Origin: Oligoflexia bacterium
Lineage (GTDB): Bacteria > Bdellovibrionota > UBA1018
Reading direction: 5' to 3'
DNA length: 20,640 nt
Assembly: GCA_043732485.1 (NCBI GenBank)
Contig: JAYTHP010000003.1
Location: forward strand, 1 to 20,640
Position numbers and translations under genes: made by a program. Of this stretch, positions 15,734 through 20,640 are shown piece by piece (the first letter of the stretch is position 1; the number at the start of each line of letters is the position of its first letter). The notes beneath the pieces are model-generated. The model saw nothing but the letters and a program-made list of their open reading frames with translations, was not told the DNA's origin and searched no databases.

Positions 15734-15882
15734 GCAAAACCTTGCACATGCTTCCGTTAAGTTACCAAAGCGTTCATGGCTTAGCAAGCCTACTTACAGG
15801 CGGCTACGACACCTTTTTTCTTGGTCCCCTCATTTTTCTTTGCCAAAAGCACGACTTTTCGCGTTAAAGTCAAAAGATCACG

Positions 15883-17397
15883 ATGAAAACCGGTCTTTTG
15901 GTTCTTGGTAACCAACTTTTTCCTCCGTCCTTACTCAAAGCGCACCCACCCGTAAGCCAGGTCTTTATGCGCGAGGACGTGGAGCTTTGCAGTTATTTCA
16001 AGTTCCATCACTTGAAGATTTACTTCTTTTTAGCCTCCATGCGCCAATACCGTACCGAACTCACGCTAGCGGGCCTCGAGGTCACGTACCAAGAACTTGC
16101 CCACTCCCGTCACCCTTATGAGTTTCACCTGTTAGCTTGGACCGAGCACTTTAAGCTGAAAAAAATCCTGCTCTACGAGATTGAGGATAAGTTTTTTAGT
16201 CAACGAATTTTAGCCAGCCTCAAGCAAGCAGGCGTCACAGTCCAGCTTCTACCTAGCCCGATGTTTCTCACCTCGCGCAGTCAGTTTGCAGACTACTTGA
16301 AGACCACAAAACGCCCCTTCATGAAAAGTTTCTATCAAGCCCAGCGCCATAGGCTGCAAATCCTGATCGAAGCAGACGGCAAACCCGTGGGCGGGCAATG
16401 GAGCTTCGATGAGCTCAACCGCAAGTCGCTCCCCAAGACCCTGCAGCCCCCTGAACCTGAGCGAAAAACTCAGCTTTCCGAACTTGAGCACACTGCCTTA
16501 GTCGCCACCTGCCAAACCTTCTTCCCCGATCACCCGGGAACCGCCGCCACCCCCTGGTTCCCAGTGGAGCGTGCAGGCGCCAGGCGCTGGCTTAAGGATT
16601 TTATTGATCATCGTCTAGCCTCTTTTGGGCCCTATGAGGACGCACTCACCGAGCGCTCTGACTTTGTTTTTCACTCAGGCCTGTCACCCTTCTTAAACTG
16701 TGGCTGGCTCACCCCTGAGGAAGTAGTCCGCGCGATTCTTGCTGCGGCTGCGAAAAAAAACCTCCCTCTCAACTCCATCGAAGGGTTCATTCGCCAGGTG
16801 ATCGGCTGGCGGGAGTTTATCCGCGGCATTTACCAACACTATAGCACCGAGCAAGACCAACAGAACTTTTGGGGTCACCACCGTAAGCTCACCCAAGCCT
16901 GGTACCAAGGAAACACCGGAGTGGGACCGCTCGATCAGGTGATTGCGAAAGTGCAACGCCTTGGCTACGCCCACCACATTGAGCGCCTCATGGTGGTGAG
17001 CAACCTCATGCTGCTGCTTGAGATCCATCCCCAGGAAGCGCATCGCTGGTTTATGGAGATGTTCCTGGATTCCTCCGACTGGGTGATGGGCCCCAACGTC
17101 TACGGCATGGGTCTTTTTAGTGATGGCGGTATTTTTGCCACCAAACCCTATATCTGCGGCTCTAATTACTACCGCAAGATGGGGGATACTAGCCCAAGCG
17201 ACTGGCATGAGGCGGTGGATGGCCTGTACTGGGGCTTTATCGACAAGCATCAGGCCTTTTTCCTAAAAAACCCGCGGCTGTCGATGATGGTCAGATCGCT
17301 TGCAAAAATTAATCCCGAGCGCAAGAGTAGGATCTACGCCGCAGCCGAAGCGCTCAAGCAGCGCATCACCGCCCCCCCAACAGCAACGACCGCCTGA
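15883..17397 (+). CDS. Cryptochrome/photolyase of the PhrB/CryB (FeS-BCP) class, probable (6-4) photolyase
   Basis: 'LVLGNQLF', 'GGQWSFDELNRK', 'FGPYEDA', 'FHSGLSPFLNCG', 'NSIEGFIRQVIGWREF', 'YAHHIERLM', 'WVMGPNVYGM', 'DGGIFATKPY'. Confidence 0.92.
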   Translation: MKTGLLVLGNQLFPPSLLKAHPPVSQVFMREDVELCSYFKFHHLKIYFFLASMRQYRTELTLAGLEVTYQELAHSRHPYEFHLLAWTEHFKLKKILLYEIEDKFFSQRILASLKQAGVTVQLLPSPMFLTSRSQFADYLKTTKRPFMKSFYQAQRHRLQILIEADGKPVGGQWSFDELNRKSLPKTLQPPEPERKTQLSELEHTALVATCQTFFPDHPGTAATPWFPVERAGARRWLKDFIDHRLASFGPYEDALTERSDFVFHSGLSPFLNCGWLTPEEVVRAILAAAAKKNLPLNSIEGFIRQVIGWREFIRGIYQHYSTEQDQQNFWGHHRKLTQAWYQGNTGVGPLDQVIAKVQRLGYAHHIERLMVVSNLMLLLEIHPQEAHRWFMEMFLDSSDWVMGPNVYGMGLFSDGGIFATKPYICGSNYYRKMGDTSPSDWHEAVDGLYWGFIDKHQAFFLKNPRLSMMVRSLAKINPERKSRIYAAAEALKQRITAPPTATTA

Positions 17398-17717
17398 AGG
17401 AAAGCGCCAGGGGAGGGGTGCCGTCAGCCGGAATACTACACCGGACTACTACGATGATGCTCTAAATTTTAATTATAATAAATTTTAATTTTTTTTAACT
17501 TTCTATTCCTCAAGCAATAAAATAAAATAGTACTGAAAGCTTCACGCGCGCTGTCTCCCGAAGTGCGATCCTATCGCCCATGGCAAGAGAAGCGTTTCCA
17601 CCTTTGCTTCGTCTCCAGTCTATCGGTCGATGGTCTGTCTCGTGAACACGGATGGCGACTCTCAAGGCAAACGCGAAATACGAAAAAAATTACCAAAAAG
17701 AGGTTAAAGAAAATTTT

Positions 17718-20640
17718 GTGAGCATCCAATCCTATCCAGCCGTCAAAAACCCCACCGGAGTAGCTGCTTTTTCTGTCAGTAACCCTCACCTGATGATCGT
17801 GATTTGCCTGTTAATCGTCTTGCTGGGCTCCATTGGCATTACCAGGATGCCCAAAGACTTGCTCCCGGCTTCCAATCAGCCGGCGGTGCAGATTCTCTCG
17901 ATTTATCCTGGCATGGCCACCCAAAACGTCGAGACTGATTTAACCTGGAAATTTGAGCGCTATACCGGCCAAGCAGTTGGGCTCACGCACCAAGAATCGC
18001 GCTCGATGCCTGGCATTAGCGTGGTGCGCAACTTTTTTGACCCCCACGCGGCTGATCAAAACTCGGCCATGTCTCAGACCACCGCCCTGATCATGTCGGT
18101 TTTAAGACGGCTGCCGCCTGGCGCCCAGCCACCCATCGTGCTCCCTTTTGATCCGATGGCCAACGTGCCCTTAGCCTTAGTCGCCGTTACCGGCGATTTC
18201 CCACCTAATATTCTCTATGATTACGCGCAGTACGATGTTCGGCGGGAGGTCCAGTCGCATCCGGGTGCCATTGCTCCGACCGTCATGGGTGGCGCAGAAA
18301 AGCAGATTATTATTGATCTAGACCCCAAAAAACTGCGGCAATTTAACCTATCCCCCCTGGAAGTAATCAATAAACTCTCTCATCTCAATACTTTCATCCC
18401 CACAGGCGACATGAAGATCGGGCAGTTTGATTATCAAGTCTTGAGCAATGGTCTTGCAGCCACGGTCAAAGACTTAGATCAATTCCCGGTACGGACGCAA
18501 GAAGGGGTAGAGATCCTGCTCCATCAAGTGGGGCAAGCCAAAGAAGGCAACATCATTCAAACCAATGTTGTGACCATTGACGGCAAAGAACAAGTGTATG
18601 TGCCTATTTTTAGGCAACAAGGGGCGAACTCGCTGGGCGTGGTCGACACGGTCAGGGAGGGGATCAAAGCTTTAGAAAAAACCATCCACGGCTTGAAGCT
18701 GTCGCTCGTGGGTGATCAAACAGTTTACATCAAGCGGGCGATTGCCAGCATCGCCGAGGAAGCCTTGATCGGCGGCGGACTGGCAGCCTTGATGGTCTTT
18801 TTGTTCCTTGGAAACCCGCGCGCCACCTTTGCCACCCTCTTGTCCTTGCCCTTATCGACCTTCTTTGTCGGTATGGGACTGAAGGCCGCCGGACAAACGA
18901 TTAATGTCATGACCCTGGGAGGCATCGCCTTAGCTATTGGCCTGCTGGTCGATAACTCGATTGTGGCCATCGAAAACATCATGAGACACCTGCAGGCTTG
19001 TCGCAGTCAAAACAGGGAAGACCGGATTCGAACGGTGATTATAGCCGCTCAAGAAGTGACCCTACCGATCCTAGCCTCTACCCTCTGTAACCTGATTGTG
19101 CTCTCGCCAGTGATTCTCTTAGGCGGAGTGGTGCAGATTCTCTTTGCAGCCGTCGCGAAAACCGTGATGTTTGCTATTTTAGGCTCCCTGATTGCTGAAA
19201 CTGCGGTCATTCCGCTGTTTGCCTCGCACTTTTTAACCGGACCGATCCCGGAATTACCGGCTTTCTTTCAAGCAATCAACCGTTTTGTACAGACGTTAAC
19301 CCAAAGCTACGGTCGAGCTTTAGCACAAGTGATCGTGCGCTTTTGGGGGGTGGTGGTCGCCCTTGTGCTGTTGCTTGCCTTAGGCCTCAGTCTGGTGAGT
19401 CACATTGGAACGGAGTTGTTCCCGAGAGCAGACTCAGGCGGGATGGTGCTAGAACTGCGTTTTGCTTCAGGCCTCCGGATTGAAGAGACCGTCAAGCGAG
19501 TCGGCGAAATTGAAAAAAAAATTCGCGAATGGATCCCCAAAGAAGAGCTGCACAGTGTGATTGCCAATATCGGTGTTTATAACGGTTTTCCTGCGGCTTT
19601 TACCACCAATGCCGGGACGCAAGATGCCTTTTTACTGATTGAGCTCACGGAAGAGCGGATACAATCCTCGCAGGCCTATGCGCGCATTTTACGCGAGCAG
19701 ATCCCCCGCTTTTACCCGGACGTTGAGATAGGCATTCAATTAGGCGGTTTACTCAGCTCGGCGCTAAATGCTGGACTTAAGGCGCCCATTGACATTCAGT
19801 TCTCAGGCCCCAAGATTGAAGTCTCCTACGGCATGGCCAAACAACTCTTAGCCCCCTTAAAAAAGATTCGCGGTGCCGTGGACGTTAGGATCCAAGAGCG
19901 GCTCGATGCCCCTGAGATTGATCTGCAAATCCATCGCACCCGCTCTGATCAGATGGGTTTAATGACCGATGAAATTGTCGAGAACATTGTGAGCGCCTTG
20001 AATGGCAGTATCGTCTTCAAGCCTGTTATCTGGATTGATCCGCGCACCGGCATTGATTATTTGCTCGGCGTGCGCTTTCCTGCCACCAGCATGCATACGC
20101 TGGAGGATCTCAAAGCCATTCCCTTAACCGGGCGCAACCAGATGCGGCAAATCCCCCTCCATGAGGTGGCGGATGTGGCGTTACACCACGCTGCCATCAC
20201 GGAGCTGAACCGGGTGGATATGAAGCGCGTGGTCAATGTCTTCATGGATGCCCAAGGGCGGGATATCGGCGGGGTGGCTGCAGACGCTGAAAAAATCATC
20301 CAAGCTGCCACTTTTCCAGACAATTACTCAGCAAGTATTCAAGGTGAGATCTCGGAAATGAGGACTGCCATTGGCCAGCTTACAGGCGGCTTTCTACTCT
20401 CGGCACTGCTGGTTTACCTCGTGCTCGTCGTGCAGTTCCGCTCCTTCATCTACCCAGCCATCATGATGGTCACCATTCCTTTAGGGATGGTGGGGATTGT
20501 CTTAATGTTTGTCTTGACTCAGACTTATTTTAGCCTGCAAGCAGCCATCGGGACGATCTTCATGGTGGGCATTGCCGTCTCCAACGGCGTGCTGTTGGTC
20601 GAGTTCATTCAACAAAAAATACACCAAGAACACCTACCGC
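17718..20640 (+). CDS. RND efflux transporter permease (AcrB/CzcA superfamily), 3'-truncated by the window edge
   Basis: Translated by hand; it is absent from the ORF track because no stop is reached. Segments read: 'FSVSNPHLMIVICLLIVLLGSIGITRMPKDLLP...YPGM...ESRSMPG', TM4 'NVMTLGGIALAIGLLVDNSIVAIENI', 'GTELFPRAD', 'MVGIAVSNGVLLVEF'. The start, TM4 and final segments were checked to be in one frame. Start is GTG 17718 or ATG 17652. Confidence 0.92.
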   Translation, partial: MSIQSYPAVKNPTGVAAFSVSNPHLMIVICLLIVLLGSIGITRMPKDLLPASNQPAVQILSIYPGMATQNVETDLTWKFERYTGQAVGLTHQESRSMPGISVVRNFFDPHAADQNSAMSQTTALIMSVLRRLPPGAQPPIVLPFDPMANVPLALVAVTGDFPPNILYDYAQYDVRREVQSHPGAIAPTVMGGAEKQIIIDLDPKKLRQFNLSPLEVINKLSHLNTFIPTGDMKIGQFDYQVLSNGLAATVKDLDQFPVRTQEGVEILLHQVGQAKEGNIIQTNVVTIDGKEQVYVPIFRQQGANSLGVVDTVREGIKALEKTIHGLKLSLVGDQTVYIKRAIASIAEEALIGGGLAALMVFLFLGNPRATFATLLSLPLSTFFVGMGLKAAGQTINVMTLGGIALAIGLLVDNSIVAIENIMRHLQACRSQNREDRIRTVIIAAQEVTLPILASTLCNLIVLSPVILLGGVVQILFAAVAKTVMFAILGSLIAETAVIPLFASHFLTGPIPELPAFFQAINRFVQTLTQSYGRALAQVIVRFWGVVVALVLLLALGLSLVSHIGTELFPRADSGGMVLELRFASGLRIEETVKRVGEIEKKIREWIPKEELHSVIANIGVYNGFPAAFTTNAGTQDAFLLIELTEERIQSSQAYARILREQIPRFYPDVEIGIQLGGLLSSALNAGLKAPIDIQFSGPKIEVSYGMAKQLLAPLKKIRGAVDVRIQERLDAPEIDLQIHRTRSDQMGLMTDEIVENIVSALNGSIVFKPVIWIDPRTGIDYLLGVRFPATSMHTLEDLKAIPLTGRNQMRQIPLHEVADVALHHAAITELNRVDMKRVVNVFMDAQGRDIGGVAADAEKIIQAATFPDNYSASIQGEISEMRTAIGQLTGGFLLSALLVYLVLVVQFRSFIYPAIMMVTIPLGMVGIVLMFVLTQTYFSLQAAIGTIFMVGIAVSNGVLLVEFIQQKIHQEHLP

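Noticed and set aside
68..20323. Many short antisense or alternate-frame ORFs in the track (e.g. 13814..14329, 16693..17250, 18725..18982, 20057..20323)
   Set aside because: They are shadows of well-supported genes and show no recognisable motifs.
1..20640. CRISPR array, tRNA or rRNA genes
   Set aside because: No regularly spaced repeats or recognisable structural RNA sequences were seen by eye; a covariance-model scan was not possible.

Overview
Bacterial chromosomal window, probably from a diderm (it carries ampG and an RND pump). Left: a RecD2-type SF1B helicase. Centre (about 2.9-12.7 kb): an accessory island between a decayed IS5-family element and an apparently intact IS3-like element. 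The island holds a five-gene polymorphic toxin operon. Four genes encode proteins with N-terminal signal peptides: a phage tail-collar/fibre-tip-like protein, two coiled-coil proteins, and a toxin with a pre-toxin TG motif and a putative tRNase-type tip. The fifth is a translationally coupled, apparently two-domain immunity protein. No CDI, T6SS, T7SS or Rhs delivery component is in the window, so the operon is the best candidate for an undescribed toxin-delivery system. Right: ampG coupled to a Rieske oxygenase, a DUF2237 gene divergent from an Fe-S-less PhrB/CryB-type photolyase, and an RND permease that runs off the window and is missing from the ORF track. All family assignments come from motif recognition by eye and were not checked by database search.
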